A stretch of DNA of 33,001 bases from Muribaculaceae bacterium (GCA_016302215.1 JAEDNZ010000001.1:1-33001); one strand, 5' to 3'. Shown: positions 1-9,983, counted from the first letter of the stretch. Notes: a model not told the origin generated them from the letters alone. Numbers and translations are program-made.

Positions 1-40
1 GTCTTAAAGCATTGTCGCTTAGAGATTTACACCCCCATAC

Positions 41-355
41 CTATTGTCTTGCTTTATATGATTGTATTAACTTCTTATCTCTCTGACCTTTAGCGTGGTT
101 GCAATCCTTGCATAAGGTCTGCAGGTTGTTCTCGTCATAAAAGTCCTGGCACACCGGCCAGGGAATAATGTGGTCGGTGACCTCGCCAGCCTTGATGATG
201 CCGCGTCGCTTGCACTCCTCGCACAGAGGGTGCATCATGCGCCAAGCCCGCGAGAGCCTTGTCCACCTGCTCGTGTGATATGGGTCCGCAGACCTCTCAC
301 GCTTGTAGCTACCATCATCCTGGCGTCGTTCACCGTCCCAAGCTAATCTTTTCAT
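41..355 (-). CDS. HNH endonuclease (terminase-associated packaging HNH)
   Basis: HPLCEEC...VTDHIIP...NLQTLCKDCNHAK motif; adjacent to terS across the genome ends. Confidence 0.92.
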   Translation of the reverse strand: MKRLAWDGERRQDDGSYKRERSADPYHTSRWTRLSRAWRMMHPLCEECKRRGIIKAGEVTDHIIPWPVCQDFYDENNLQTLCKDCNHAKGQRDKKLIQSYKARQ

Positions 356-1700
356 ACATCAATGCTTTTAAGGATTTAATCAATGTCTGTTGCATATCTG
401 CCTTGCCATGCAGCGCACGGGTCACCACCTCGTCCATCGTGCCGATGCAGCTCAGGTGGTAACGCAGCACAGGCTTGGTCTGGCCTTGCCTGTAGAGTCT
501 TGCATTGGCCTGCTCATACTGCTCAAGGTTATACGTCGGACTGTACCAGATTATCACGCGCCCGCCCTGCTGCAGGTTTAGCCCAAAGGAGACGGATGCA
601 GGATGACACAGCAGCACTCTGATCTCTCCTCTGTTCCACGCAGCGAGCAGCTCAGGCTCACCCCGGAACGGAACCGCATCAGGCAACGCCCTGGTGATGC
701 GCTCCAGCTCATGTCGGTAGTTGTACATCACCATCGCCGGCTCATCAAGAGACCCGACCAGGTCAGTCAGCGCCTCCAGCTTGGCGGTGCTCACCTCGTG
801 CCAGTCGTGGTCTCCGTCATAGACTGCACCGCTTGCGAACTGCAGTAGCTTGTTGGTGAGGGCTGCAGCGCTCATCGCCTCTATCTGCTCACCGTCAACC
901 TCCAGCAGGCACTCACGCTGAAAATCCTCGTAGGCCTGCAGTTCTGGGAGTCTCAGACTCATGCCGGCATCAATCAACATCGGCATCTCAAGGTAGTCAG
1001 CTGCCTGCATGGATATGGTGATGTCGCTGATCTTGCCAGCAATCTTTTCCTTCGCGCCCTTGACCGGGACCCACTGATAGACCGTGTTGCCGTTGTGCGC
1101 TCCGGGCGTCATGTACTCACGACGGAAGCCGGTGATGTATCTGCCAAGCCTGTCACCGTGGTCTAGCAGTCGGATCTGTGACCACAGATCCTCAAGACCG
1201 TTGGGTGATGGTGTGCCTGTCAGCTCGATGAGTCTCCTGATGTATGGCCTCACCTTATAGAGTGCCTTGTAGCGCTTGGCCTGGTAGTTCTTAAAGCGCG
1301 ACGACTCATCCAGCACCACGCAGTCAAACGGCCACCTCTGTCCTGCCTTGTCATAGTGCTCGACAAGCCAGACCACATTGTCGCAGTTGGTGACATATAG
1401 GTCTGCAGATGTCTCCAGGGCCTTGACTCGCTGCTTTGGAGTGCCAAGCACCAGAGAAAGTCTCATGTGATTGAGATGGTCCCACTTGGCTGCCTCTCCG
1501 CTCCAGGTGTTAAGTGCCACGGACTTGGGTGCGATGACCAGTACACGACTGACCTCGATGGTCTGATACATCAGGATGTCGAGAGCCGTCATAGTGCTGA
1601 CAGTCTTGCCAAGACCCATGTCAAGCAGCAGCGCGCAGTAGGGATGCTCCAGGATAAACTGGGTCGCTCTGGTCTGATAGTTATGCGCCTTGTACTTCAT
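330..1700 (-). CDS. SNF2-like SF2 helicase
   Basis: LDMGLGKT Walker A, VLDESS Walker B, LTGTP, QANARLYRQGQ motif VI. Confidence 0.92.
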   Translation of the reverse strand: MKYKAHNYQTRATQFILEHPYCALLLDMGLGKTVSTMTALDILMYQTIEVSRVLVIAPKSVALNTWSGEAAKWDHLNHMRLSLVLGTPKQRVKALETSADLYVTNCDNVVWLVEHYDKAGQRWPFDCVVLDESSRFKNYQAKRYKALYKVRPYIRRLIELTGTPSPNGLEDLWSQIRLLDHGDRLGRYITGFRREYMTPGAHNGNTVYQWVPVKGAKEKIAGKISDITISMQAADYLEMPMLIDAGMSLRLPELQAYEDFQRECLLEVDGEQIEAMSAAALTNKLLQFASGAVYDGDHDWHEVSTAKLEALTDLVGSLDEPAMVMYNYRHELERITRALPDAVPFRGEPELLAAWNRGEIRVLLCHPASVSFGLNLQQGGRVIIWYSPTYNLEQYEQANARLYRQGQTKPVLRYHLSCIGTMDEVVTRALHGKADMQQTLIKSLKALMYEKISLGR

Positions 1701-2076
1701 AAAGCAGGTCTACAATCAGATTGTCCAAGCTATCGGTTGTGTCCACTACCTCTACCCGGTAACCAAGCTCGCGGAGTCTCTCGTGTGTCACTCTCTGCAG
1801 GGCCGTCGGCTTTTTGCCCGTGGTCTTAATTTCTGCGAAGCAGACACGGCCTCCCGGCATCAGGATGAGGCGGTCCGGCAACCCGCGTTGGTACTGACTG
1901 GTGAGCTTGATGCACATCCAGCCAAGCGCCTTGCACCGCTCACGCAGCTCCGACTCCAGGGCCTTTTCGGAGGCTGGGACAATCCCTCGCGCGCGCGCGT
2001 ATACACTAGCGTGCATTAGGCGTGCATTTTCCGCCTCTTGTCTGCCTAATTTTGCCAAATTGCTCATACTTTTCAT
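1681..2076 (-). CDS. VRR-NUC domain nuclease (start uncertain)
   Basis: SEKALE...GLPDRLILMPGGRVCFAEIKT...LQ...H PD-(D/E)xK signature; typical position before the SNF2 helicase. Confidence 0.88.
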   Translation of the reverse strand: MKSMSNLAKLGRQEAENARLMHASVYARARGIVPASEKALESELRERCKALGWMCIKLTSQYQRGLPDRLILMPGGRVCFAEIKTTGKKPTALQRVTHERLRELGYRVEVVDTTDSLDNLIVDLLYEVQGA

Positions 2077-2095
2077 TTTTCCATTTTTATTGTAA

Positions 2096-2236
2096 CATTG
2101 TCACACTAATTTATAAATCATTAATAGCTAGAGCATTAAGGTGAGACAATAAGTGAGACAATAAGTGAGACAATAAAATTATTGTCTCGGGACAATAAAA
2201 CCTTTGTCACACCATTGTCCCATGCATTGTCACACC
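2096..2236. repeat. Iteron-like direct and inverted repeats, putative replication origin
   Basis: GTGAGACAATAA x3 (2141-2176). Inverted repeat GAGACAATAA-aa-TTATTGTCTC (2167-2188). Further GGGACAATAA and TTGTC(A/C)C copies occur in the AT-rich intergenic gap after the primase-helicase. Confidence 0.7.
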
Positions 2237-4675
2237 CTAATCAAACCACTCATCAGGTATAATCCACCTCCTTTGCTGCCCGTATATTTTGTCTCCGTTG
2301 CGCAATTTCGTCGGCCCCTCCAAGCCCATCCGACCGAGCGTCGCATTTATGTCTCGCGTCTTATACCTGTCGCAGTTATATATACCTAGTATTTCCTCTG
2401 CCACCTCCAGCGCACAGATAGTCTTGCGCCTCGTCATCATCCCGGCCTCCACCTCCATGCGAGGGTCGATCTTGCCCTGCATGTAGTTGCGCCGATACTC
2501 CCGTGGCAGCTCGTACCAGTTAGCCGGTATAGGCTTGCGCAGCGCCTCGTCTATGACTCCGACCCAGGCGTCATCCTGGCTCTCATTGAGCTCTGACTGT
2601 CGCGCCCTTGCGAGTGTCTCCAGACTCTCAGACAGGTACAGAGGCTCACCGGCCTTGTAGCAGTGCAGCGCCTCCGCCCAGACCTGCATCAGCACATCAT
2701 CTGTCAGGTCATCAAGGCTCAGAGGTGCCTCAGTCACTCCGCACTGTACCGGCCAAAACCGGCGGTTGCCTGTATCACCCTTAAGAAAGTGGTCGACGTT
2801 GGTTGAGGCGAAGAACACACACTGCCTGCCGTAGTTCTCCTTGGTCCGCCCATAGGCCGGGCGGTACTCGTCAGCCACCTTGGAGATGAACGCCTTGAAC
2901 GACTCCACCGTCGCACGGTTGTAGTCCTTGAGCTCGCCCATCTCGATGATCCAGCAGCCGCGCAGCTGCTCCATCGAGTCTTTGGATCCGATGTCATTGC
3001 TGGTAAACGAGTCGCTGAACCACTGCATCCCGAGGCGCCTCAGGAGCCTTGACTTGCCAAGGCCCTCAGGACCTACGAGGGTCAGGACGTAGTCGAACTT
3101 GCACCCCGGCTGCATCACCCTCGCCACCGCAGCGGTGAGCTGCTTGCGTGTCATCGCTCGTGTGACCTCGTTGTCCTCAGCGCCCAGGTAGTCATGCAGC
3201 AGTGTCTCGATGCGCGGGGTGCCGTCCCAGCGGGGGAGTCCTCCGAAGAAGTCCCTAATAGGATGGTAGCGGTCCTGACTCACCACGGCCTCAAAGGCGT
3301 CAATGAGGGTAGCCTTGACCACCTTGCTGCCGCTGTAGGCCTCGGAGAGCCAGCAGGGGAGTGCGGCATAGTCAGCGTTGTCGAAGCGGTCGATGGCTGC
3401 AGCACCCCCTTGCGACGCAGCATAGACCCTATGAGGGCGCCATGGCAGGTCCTTGACCGTCACAAGGCAGCCATAGAACTCGTCATACCTGACGCATCCA
3501 GCAATTCGCGGGTCGCGCTTGATAACCTGCATGTAGTTGGCGTGCGTTGCCACCAGACCGTGCTTGTCGACCTTGATGTAGTCGAGCCAGTTGTCCTCTC
3601 CGTCGCTGATGCCGGCAAAGTCCTCTGCCGCTCCGCTCACCGTCTCGCGAGCCATCATCGTCTGCACTGCCTGGTCACCCATCGCGAGCTGCTCCATAGC
3701 CTGGTAGGACTTGAGACGGTTGACCGGGGTGTCCGGCGCTGCACCGTAGTCCTTGTCGCCATACAGGTGTATCCTCACAAGGTCCCAGGCGTTGACCTCC
3801 CTGAGGTGACACGGGTCGGTCCCGTGGTGACTGTAGAGCCACTTGTCATCGTACACCAGCGCACCACCCTTGGAGGTGCCCGCCGTGTAGGTGTAGCGGT
3901 TGTCGCTGTAGTGCTCGTATACCCCCGGGAGCCACCGCTCCATCGCCTCGGTGATGCTGTAGCAGCGGCAGAACGCGCCGATGATGCCACGCTTGCTGCA
4001 CGGGTCCTCCTGCTTGCGACCCCGCACCCCTCGTGTGATGGCCCGCTCCCTCGAGCTGGTCGGCCACTCCAGCGGGTTGCTGATGTCGTCAAAGCCCGCC
4101 CTCACGTCGTCAGGGCCGATGGCTGCACCCTCTCCGGAGAGACAGAGGTACTCACCGTCACGCGATGCGCTCGGCCAGTACATCAGCCGCTCCGGCTGGT
4201 AGGTGCTGTCGTCGAAGAGGTCCATCCCTATGAGGTTGGCGACGGTGCGCGCGATGGGCTCGTAGTCGTCCGGCCCGACGTCCTTGGTCAGAGGCACGAT
4301 CAGCCTGTAACGTGGCGCGTCAGGCTGGTGACTGTGTGTAGTGTATAGCACCCACGCCGTGCCCTCCAGGGCGGAGCGCACGACATCCGCCGTGGTGGCG
4401 TTGGCATAGTCGATGTCCAGTGTGATGAGGGACCTGCTCACGACCGTGGAAGCTTTGCGATGTGGGCCGTCCAGCCCGCCACCGACGAAGCCCCCGACGT
4501 CTTTGATGCGGGCCCTCTCGTCACGGCTCATGGCCTTGTACTGCTCGGCGGTCTCCGGTGTGCGGATGGGCTGCTGGAGCCGTGCGACCAGATCAGGCCA
4601 CCCGACCCACGTAGCTCTCCAGTGTGTGTCAGCGCGATGCTTGCCGACACTGATTTTGTATTGGCGCTCGTCCAT
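2237..4675 (-). CDS. Primase-helicase (AEP-like N-terminus plus VirE/VapE-family P-loop ATPase)
   Basis: LDID and YTTHSH primase-like motifs; GCKFDYVLTLVGPEGLGKS, WIIEMGEL and GDTGNRRFWP VapE motifs. Confidence 0.88.
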   Translation of the reverse strand: MDERQYKISVGKHRADTHWRATWVGWPDLVARLQQPIRTPETAEQYKAMSRDERARIKDVGGFVGGGLDGPHRKASTVVSRSLITLDIDYANATTADVVRSALEGTAWVLYTTHSHQPDAPRYRLIVPLTKDVGPDDYEPIARTVANLIGMDLFDDSTYQPERLMYWPSASRDGEYLCLSGEGAAIGPDDVRAGFDDISNPLEWPTSSRERAITRGVRGRKQEDPCSKRGIIGAFCRCYSITEAMERWLPGVYEHYSDNRYTYTAGTSKGGALVYDDKWLYSHHGTDPCHLREVNAWDLVRIHLYGDKDYGAAPDTPVNRLKSYQAMEQLAMGDQAVQTMMARETVSGAAEDFAGISDGEDNWLDYIKVDKHGLVATHANYMQVIKRDPRIAGCVRYDEFYGCLVTVKDLPWRPHRVYAASQGGAAAIDRFDNADYAALPCWLSEAYSGSKVVKATLIDAFEAVVSQDRYHPIRDFFGGLPRWDGTPRIETLLHDYLGAEDNEVTRAMTRKQLTAAVARVMQPGCKFDYVLTLVGPEGLGKSRLLRRLGMQWFSDSFTSNDIGSKDSMEQLRGCWIIEMGELKDYNRATVESFKAFISKVADEYRPAYGRTKENYGRQCVFFASTNVDHFLKGDTGNRRFWPVQCGVTEAPLSLDDLTDDVLMQVWAEALHCYKAGEPLYLSESLETLARARQSELNESQDDAWVGVIDEALRKPIPANWYELPREYRRNYMQGKIDPRMEVEAGMMTRRKTICALEVAEEILGIYNCDRYKTRDINATLGRMGLEGPTKLRNGDKIYGQQRRWIIPDEWFD

Positions 4676-4679
4676 AAGC

Positions 4680-4892
4680 TTAGTTGAGTTTGTTTATCAT
4701 ATCGTCAAGCCATCGCCTGACATTGTTGTAATTTGTGCTCCGAAAGCGGTACCGATGCCCGTGATATCTGATTTCGGCCACCCATCTGAGCCGCTTCGAT
4801 GGCGTTCCATAGACGTGCAGCTCTGAGCCGCCACGGCCATGCCTGAGTCCAGGATTGTTCTGTTCGGTATAAATGCAGCCCGTTCTTTTCAT
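4680..4892 (-). CDS. Small hypothetical protein, possible AP2-like DNA-binding fold
   Basis: Tightly packed in the operon; RWVAEIRYHGHRYRFRST beta-strand pattern. Confidence 0.6.
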   Translation of the reverse strand: MKRTGCIYTEQNNPGLRHGRGGSELHVYGTPSKRLRWVAEIRYHGHRYRFRSTNYNNVRRWLDDMINKLN

Positions 4893-4893
4893 G

Positions 4894-5814
4894 TCAATAG
4901 GAGTTTATCAAGTCTTTGAGCCGTCTTATCAGGATTTTGTCTAGATCCCATCCCTCAATCAATGCAACCCTTTTGCTGAAGTCTATTTCCTTTTTGAGAC
5001 GAACGATAATATCCTCGTGAGCTTGAAGTTCTGTGGTCCTTGCGTCAAATGGAGACTTTTCAGGCCCTGGAGGCATAACGTAAGAGGATACTGAAAGGTT
5101 GAATCCATTGCCCTCTATCTCGCTGATTGGAACGTTTCTGCTTAGCCCGTGTTCCACATCAACGAAGCGTATGGTGTTCCAGTCGCCCCGATTCTTCTTC
5201 ATCACAATAAGGCAGGTAGCTATGTTCGTATCGTCAAAGAACCCACCAGGAATATGATGCACCTCTTCTATGACATTTATCCTAACCAGCCATTCTCGTA
5301 TTTTTCCTTCTCTCTGTCCACGATACAGTATTCCTGGAAAGCCTAGGCAGGCGGCCACGCCATCATCGGAAAGCATGTACAATATGTGTAGCAGGAAGGC
5401 GTAGTCTGCCCTGCTTCTAGGTGGAAGGCAGGGGGCTGCTATAAAGCGAGCGTCATAACCGGCTATTTTGCCTGGCTCCCAGCTGACTGAGAATGGAGGG
5501 TTCGCTACGATGCCACGAAATTTCTTATCGAGAAAAGCAGGCTCCAAGAGGGTATCTCCGGCGACAATGTGTGCGTTCTTGAGAGCCTTCTGTGTCTCCT
5601 CGGCTTGCCTTGGGTTTAGCTCTTGGCCATACTTGACAACATCGTCTCCAAACGCAGATAGGAGAGCACCGCTGCCACATGTTGGATCATAAACCTCCTT
5701 AACATCTACAGGGATGATTTGTTTGATGATTTCAGCGAGTTTCGGATCAGTATAGAACACACCGTGCTCCTTATAATCGTTTCTCAGCTGCTTCAAGCTC
5801 TTGCTCTGGTCCAT
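4894..5814 (-). CDS. Orphan N6-adenine DNA methyltransferase (HsdM-like N6_Mtase)
   Basis: GVFYT, YDPTCGSG SAM-binding motif, YGQE, VANPPF catalytic motif. Confidence 0.9.
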   Translation of the reverse strand: MDQSKSLKQLRNDYKEHGVFYTDPKLAEIIKQIIPVDVKEVYDPTCGSGALLSAFGDDVVKYGQELNPRQAEETQKALKNAHIVAGDTLLEPAFLDKKFRGIVANPPFSVSWEPGKIAGYDARFIAAPCLPPRSRADYAFLLHILYMLSDDGVAACLGFPGILYRGQREGKIREWLVRINVIEEVHHIPGGFFDDTNIATCLIVMKKNRGDWNTIRFVDVEHGLSRNVPISEIEGNGFNLSVSSYVMPPGPEKSPFDARTTELQAHEDIIVRLKKEIDFSKRVALIEGWDLDKILIRRLKDLINSY

Positions 5815-5818
5815 AATT

Positions 5819-6190
5819 TCAGCTCTTTATGCCTTTACACTTGATTTTCATTGATGGTGTCTCCTCCTTCTCAATCGGCATGACGGTGTAGCCACTTATT
5901 AGCTCTTTCATCCGCTGCCTCTCTTCCTTATCCTTGACACGGAAAAGGTCAACAACGCTCTCCATCATCTGGTCTATAGTGCCCTCACCACCCAGCAACC
6001 CGGGCAGATTTGTGAGCATGAGTAGAGCCATGTGGTTGGAGGCGAGCAGAGTCTTCGCCTTTTCGACAAGTTCGCTTGATTGCTTGTCATCCTTAATCAC
6101 TTGGTCAAAAAAGTCCAGGTGCAGCAGCAGCTCTAAAGTCATTTGTGGCAGAACGTTCTCGAGCAGCACCTTTTTCACTTCCTCAGTCAT
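5819..6190 (-). CDS. Hypothetical protein
   Basis: 123 aa ORF with 2-4 bp gaps to both neighbours. Confidence 0.7.
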   Translation of the reverse strand: MTEEVKKVLLENVLPQMTLELLLHLDFFDQVIKDDKQSSELVEKAKTLLASNHMALLMLTNLPGLLGGEGTIDQMMESVVDLFRVKDKEERQRMKELISGYTVMPIEKEETPSMKIKCKGIKS

Positions 6191-6192
6191 AA

Positions 6193-7029
6193 TTATTCCT
6201 CCATATCAATGTTAAATTCCTTCTGTAAAAATTTCTTCCAATCGAATTCTCCGAATAAGCCGTAAGTCATTTCCTTAAAGGCATCCATATTTTCGCAATA
6301 CAACATATACCCCATAGCCTCAAAAGCATCCTTGAATTTGACTTTTGCTTTTCCGTTTTGGTATTTTTCCGATGTAAAATACTTCTGTCCTGCCCTTATC
6401 CAAGCCTTGAGCATTTTAGGGTTCTCCTTAAACTCTTGTATCCTCTTCTTCTTTGATGTTAGAGGACATCCCACACAACCAAGTCTTCGAGTAACATCGA
6501 ATTGACCATTCTTATAATATAAAGGATGACACTTGATATTCCGTTCTTTTATGAATTCTGCAACATCATCGTCAGTCCATTCGAGGATGGGGAGATACAC
6601 TTTAACTTTTTCCTTTGCGGAGTAAACTCGGCACATTTCAGGCTCTTTATACCTTTCGGCTCTCTTTCGGCTTTCACTTCTTCTGATACCTTGTATTGCC
6701 CTATCACAGACCTTATACTCTTTCAATTCAGAACAACAGAAACGACGAAATCTTGAAGGAAATCCGCGTTCGCTGATTAACTGAAAGAAAGTTTTTTCGG
6801 GATGAATGACCTCCGCACCCACTTCCCTTGCGTGAGCGATAGCCCCCGGAGGGTCTATCGTGGTATTCTTGTATATCGCCCGATACGGTATCCCTGCCAT
6901 CTTTGCGAGTTCAAGAATGACATCAGAATCTTTGCCTCCACTATAACTAATCTCAATATCTCCGTCTTGCGGGATTGATTGTAGTAATTTTATGGCAAAA
7001 TCAACCTTCTTTTGTAGTTCTTTGGTCAC
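6193..7029 (-). CDS. PAPS reductase-family (PP-loop) protein
   Basis: SYSGGKDS, RFCCSELKE, GIRRSES, PILEWT and RLGCVGCP motifs. Confidence 0.88.
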   Translation of the reverse strand: MTKELQKKVDFAIKLLQSIPQDGDIEISYSGGKDSDVILELAKMAGIPYRAIYKNTTIDPPGAIAHAREVGAEVIHPEKTFFQLISERGFPSRFRRFCCSELKEYKVCDRAIQGIRRSESRKRAERYKEPEMCRVYSAKEKVKVYLPILEWTDDDVAEFIKERNIKCHPLYYKNGQFDVTRRLGCVGCPLTSKKKRIQEFKENPKMLKAWIRAGQKYFTSEKYQNGKAKVKFKDAFEAMGYMLYCENMDAFKEMTYGLFGEFDWKKFLQKEFNIDMEE

Positions 7030-7043
7030 AACTAATCCTCCTT

Positions 7044-7649
7044 TTAATATCTAGATATAGGCCTCTCGTCAAGATGAGGCCCGTTGTAGTAATGGCATCC
7101 GCATCGAGCGAGGTCGAGCCACGACAGGCGGAAGTCCTTGCCGACAATCGACGGACAGGACTTAGCTGACGCACAGTTGTTGCAGCTCCTCTTGACGTAA
7201 CGGTAGTCCTTGCAAGACTTGACGAAAGGCAGACCGCGTTGCACCTCCTGCTCCCTGGGTGCCGGAGCCACCGGTGCTACCGGAGGGGCCACCTTGGCTG
7301 AGACCTCATTGTGTGTTTTCCGCTTTGTCAGCACCGGTGCGCTGCCGAGAGTCTTGGCCGCCTTTCTCGCAAGCCAACGTAGCTGATATATGTAGCTCAA
7401 CGATTTGCCATATTTCTCGGCTAACTCAGCCGATGTGTAGTTACCTGATCTGAGGTCTGCCGCGAGCGCATCATTCGGTCGCGGATGAGCCGCAAGCATA
7501 TCTCTGATCCATAGCTCCGCCTCCACCTGGCTGTAGCAGGTCCGACAGTAGGTGCGCCGGTTGATCGTCACCGTCGCAAGATACCTGACGCCATCGGGGC
7601 ATTTCTCACAGGGCCGCCCCGGCCTCTTAACTATACCTCCACGATTCAT
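7044..7649 (-). CDS. Hypothetical protein with possible AP2-like and HTH segments and a Cys-rich C-terminus
   Basis: YTSAELAEKYGKSLSYIYQLR HTH-like segment; CNNC...C...C; overlaps upstream stop. Confidence 0.6.
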   Translation of the reverse strand: MNRGGIVKRPGRPCEKCPDGVRYLATVTINRRTYCRTCYSQVEAELWIRDMLAAHPRPNDALAADLRSGNYTSAELAEKYGKSLSYIYQLRWLARKAAKTLGSAPVLTKRKTHNEVSAKVAPPVAPVAPAPREQEVQRGLPFVKSCKDYRYVKRSCNNCASAKSCPSIVGKDFRLSWLDLARCGCHYYNGPHLDERPISRY

Positions 7650-7993
7650 TGCTCTCTCATTGCCTGGTCAAACACCCCGCGTAACTCCGGGTAAAAATTC
7701 TTTAACATTTGCATCAACACATCCAATGTCTGCTCGTCGCGTATATCGACGCTGATGAGCACCTCTTTAGGATCCACCACCGTTAGCTCCAAATGTTCGC
7801 CAAACGCATCGACGGAGTGCTTCATCGAGTGCAGGACACCTTTATCGGCCAGCACGCGGGCCACGCTTATAGCGGCTTTTATAGCCTCGTGTCTCTTCCG
7901 CTTATTTTCCTCTTCTGCCGCTTCGGCCTTTATCTGGGCCAGAATCATTTTTGTTGTCATGTATGTCATTTTAATCCTTGTAATAAAAGTCAC
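7646..7993 (-). CDS. Hypothetical protein (start probably a few codons downstream)
   Basis: Fills the gap between the polymerase and the next gene. Confidence 0.65.
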   Translation of the reverse strand: MTFITRIKMTYMTTKMILAQIKAEAAEEENKRKRHEAIKAAISVARVLADKGVLHSMKHSVDAFGEHLELTVVDPKEVLISVDIRDEQTLDVLMQMLKNFYPELRGVFDQAMREQ

Positions 7994-9980
7994 ATATATA
8001 ACCTGCGCCTCTCAGAGGCAGGCCCTCCGCCCAGCTCGGCGTGACGCTGAACATCGCCTCTATTGTTGGCAGGTGGGTCTCGTCAGGCACCTCGATTACC
8101 AGCTCATCGTGTATATGACACACGACCTTGTAGCCGGCCTCGTGCACCCGCCTCATGACGTCCGCGAGGATGTCGCGCCCGATCGCCTGGGTGATGTTCT
8201 CCACGAGTCTCCCTCCGTAGGTCTTGTAGCGCCCCCATGCACGCTTAGTGTTCTTGTCATCGCTGCCGGTAGTCATATAGCTGAGCTCATAACGCCCGGT
8301 CGAGCGGTCGAGTGTTTGCCACATCCTCTGATAGCTGAGTGCCCTCCCGGAGGGGAGAGTTATGGTCAGATCGCTCCACGCGTTGTGGCGCTCGAACACG
8401 AGCCGCGTGTGCGGCATCGAGAGAGCCACCCGGCCTCCCGGACCGCTGACAGCGTTGCAAACCGAGTCCTGCACCAAGCCCCACAGGGCCACAATGCTTC
8501 GATTGGCATCGCGCCATCTCCTCACGAGGTCGGTCATCTCCTCCTCCGACATCCCGAGCCGTGCTGCGCCCATCGCCGTAAGCGACCCGACTCCGCCCTG
8601 ATAGCCAAGTGCCAGGACTGCCACCTTGCCCTTCTGCCTCAGCTCGGCGTTGGGACCGTGCTTAGCGACCGGCACGCCGAACATCTGGGAGGCCGTCTCG
8701 CAGTAGATGTCCTTCCCGCTCCGGAAAGCCTCCAGCACCCACTCCTCTCCGGCCATCCACGCGAGGATCCTCGCCTCGATGGCGCTAAAGTCACACACGC
8801 AGAGCTTGCACCCTGGGCGGGCGACGAACATGGTGCGGATGAGCTCCGACAGCACCTGCTGCTTGGAGCCATATATAAGCTCGACGCTTTCGGCATCGTG
8901 AGCCCTCACCATGTCTCTCGCGCTTGACAGACACGGGATATGGTTCTGCGGCAGGTTCTGTAGCTGCACGCCCTTGCTGGTCCAGCGTCCGGTGCGAGTC
9001 CCGTAAAACTGCATCAGGCCTCTGAGCCGGCCATCGCCGCAGCACATGTCCAGAGCCCTCTTGTATTTGCTGACCGAGGACTTTGCGATCTGAGACCTCA
9101 TGCTGAGCACGGTCATCACGTTGGTCTTGCCTGCTGACTCGGCCTCCTTGAGGATCTCCGGCAGGACCCGCTTGTCAAGCGACTCCACCGTATGACCCAG
9201 CTGCTCCTCCAGCCAGCCCTTGAGCTGTGTGTCGGAGCCGGGGTTTTCCAGGTGTGTCATAACACGCATCGCCTGCAGCATCCTCGGCTTGTCCTGCTCG
9301 CTGAGGTCATAGGCGGCCTTGGCCAGCCCACGGTCGACACAGACACCATAGTCGTTGATTGCCTGGTCGATGCTGTAGAGCTCCCACTCCGCCTCTCTTA
9401 CCGGGTACCAGGAGCACTGCCGGATTATCTCCCTCTCCACCTCCACGTCTCTCCGGCAGTAATCCATAAAGGTCGCCCAGTCCTCCGGACAGTCATCGCG
9501 CTCGACACGCTGCTTGGCGCCGAAAAGGCCTGCAACGGGACGTGGCTTGCAAAACAGCTCGATGAGGCGCTTGCCCTCAGTCATCTTGCGGTCGCTGAGT
9601 TCCAGCGCATCGCCAATGTCGGCGAGGCTCATCGGCAGGCCCGACATGGCTGCCAGCACCATCGAGCAGCGCCAGCTGCGTGCATCCAGCCACTGACCGG
9701 GCTTGATGACATAACCGATGCGAGCCAGCAGGACCGACAAGCAGACACGTTCGAAGATGGCATTATGCGCCCACTTATGCACCTGCTCACTCAAGATGTC
9801 CTCAAGCAGCTGGAGAGGCACGCCGTAGTTGCATACATCGATGACCCTTACAGGCTCATCATCGTAAGCGTAGGCGATGAGCAGCACCCGGAAATCATCC
9901 GACAAGGCATAACGGTAGACCCCACACTGGGCGAGGTCTACCGATGAATAGGTCTCTATGTCGATGTAGAGGCGACGCAT
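7971..9980 (-). CDS. Family A DNA polymerase with 3'-5' exonuclease
   Basis: DIET and AHNAIFER exonuclease motifs; RTGRW, DFSAIEAR (motif A), RQKGKVAVLALGY (motif B), HIHDE (motif C). Confidence 0.95.
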   Translation of the reverse strand: MRRLYIDIETYSSVDLAQCGVYRYALSDDFRVLLIAYAYDDEPVRVIDVCNYGVPLQLLEDILSEQVHKWAHNAIFERVCLSVLLARIGYVIKPGQWLDARSWRCSMVLAAMSGLPMSLADIGDALELSDRKMTEGKRLIELFCKPRPVAGLFGAKQRVERDDCPEDWATFMDYCRRDVEVEREIIRQCSWYPVREAEWELYSIDQAINDYGVCVDRGLAKAAYDLSEQDKPRMLQAMRVMTHLENPGSDTQLKGWLEEQLGHTVESLDKRVLPEILKEAESAGKTNVMTVLSMRSQIAKSSVSKYKRALDMCCGDGRLRGLMQFYGTRTGRWTSKGVQLQNLPQNHIPCLSSARDMVRAHDAESVELIYGSKQQVLSELIRTMFVARPGCKLCVCDFSAIEARILAWMAGEEWVLEAFRSGKDIYCETASQMFGVPVAKHGPNAELRQKGKVAVLALGYQGGVGSLTAMGAARLGMSEEEMTDLVRRWRDANRSIVALWGLVQDSVCNAVSGPGGRVALSMPHTRLVFERHNAWSDLTITLPSGRALSYQRMWQTLDRSTGRYELSYMTTGSDDKNTKRAWGRYKTYGGRLVENITQAIGRDILADVMRRVHEAGYKVVCHIHDELVIEVPDETHLPTIEAMFSVTPSWAEGLPLRGAGYICDFYYKD

Positions 9981-9983
9981 GGC

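Noticed and set aside
1988..2006. (CG)6-containing alternating purine-pyrimidine tract near the putative origin
   Set aside because: It is short and lies within an ORF, with no independent support for function.
3194..4348. Long plus-strand ORFs (also 7755-8927, 9192-9947, 11017-11817, 21629-22786, 31748-32617)
   Set aside because: They are antisense shadows of well-supported minus-strand genes in GC-rich DNA and have no recognisable motifs.
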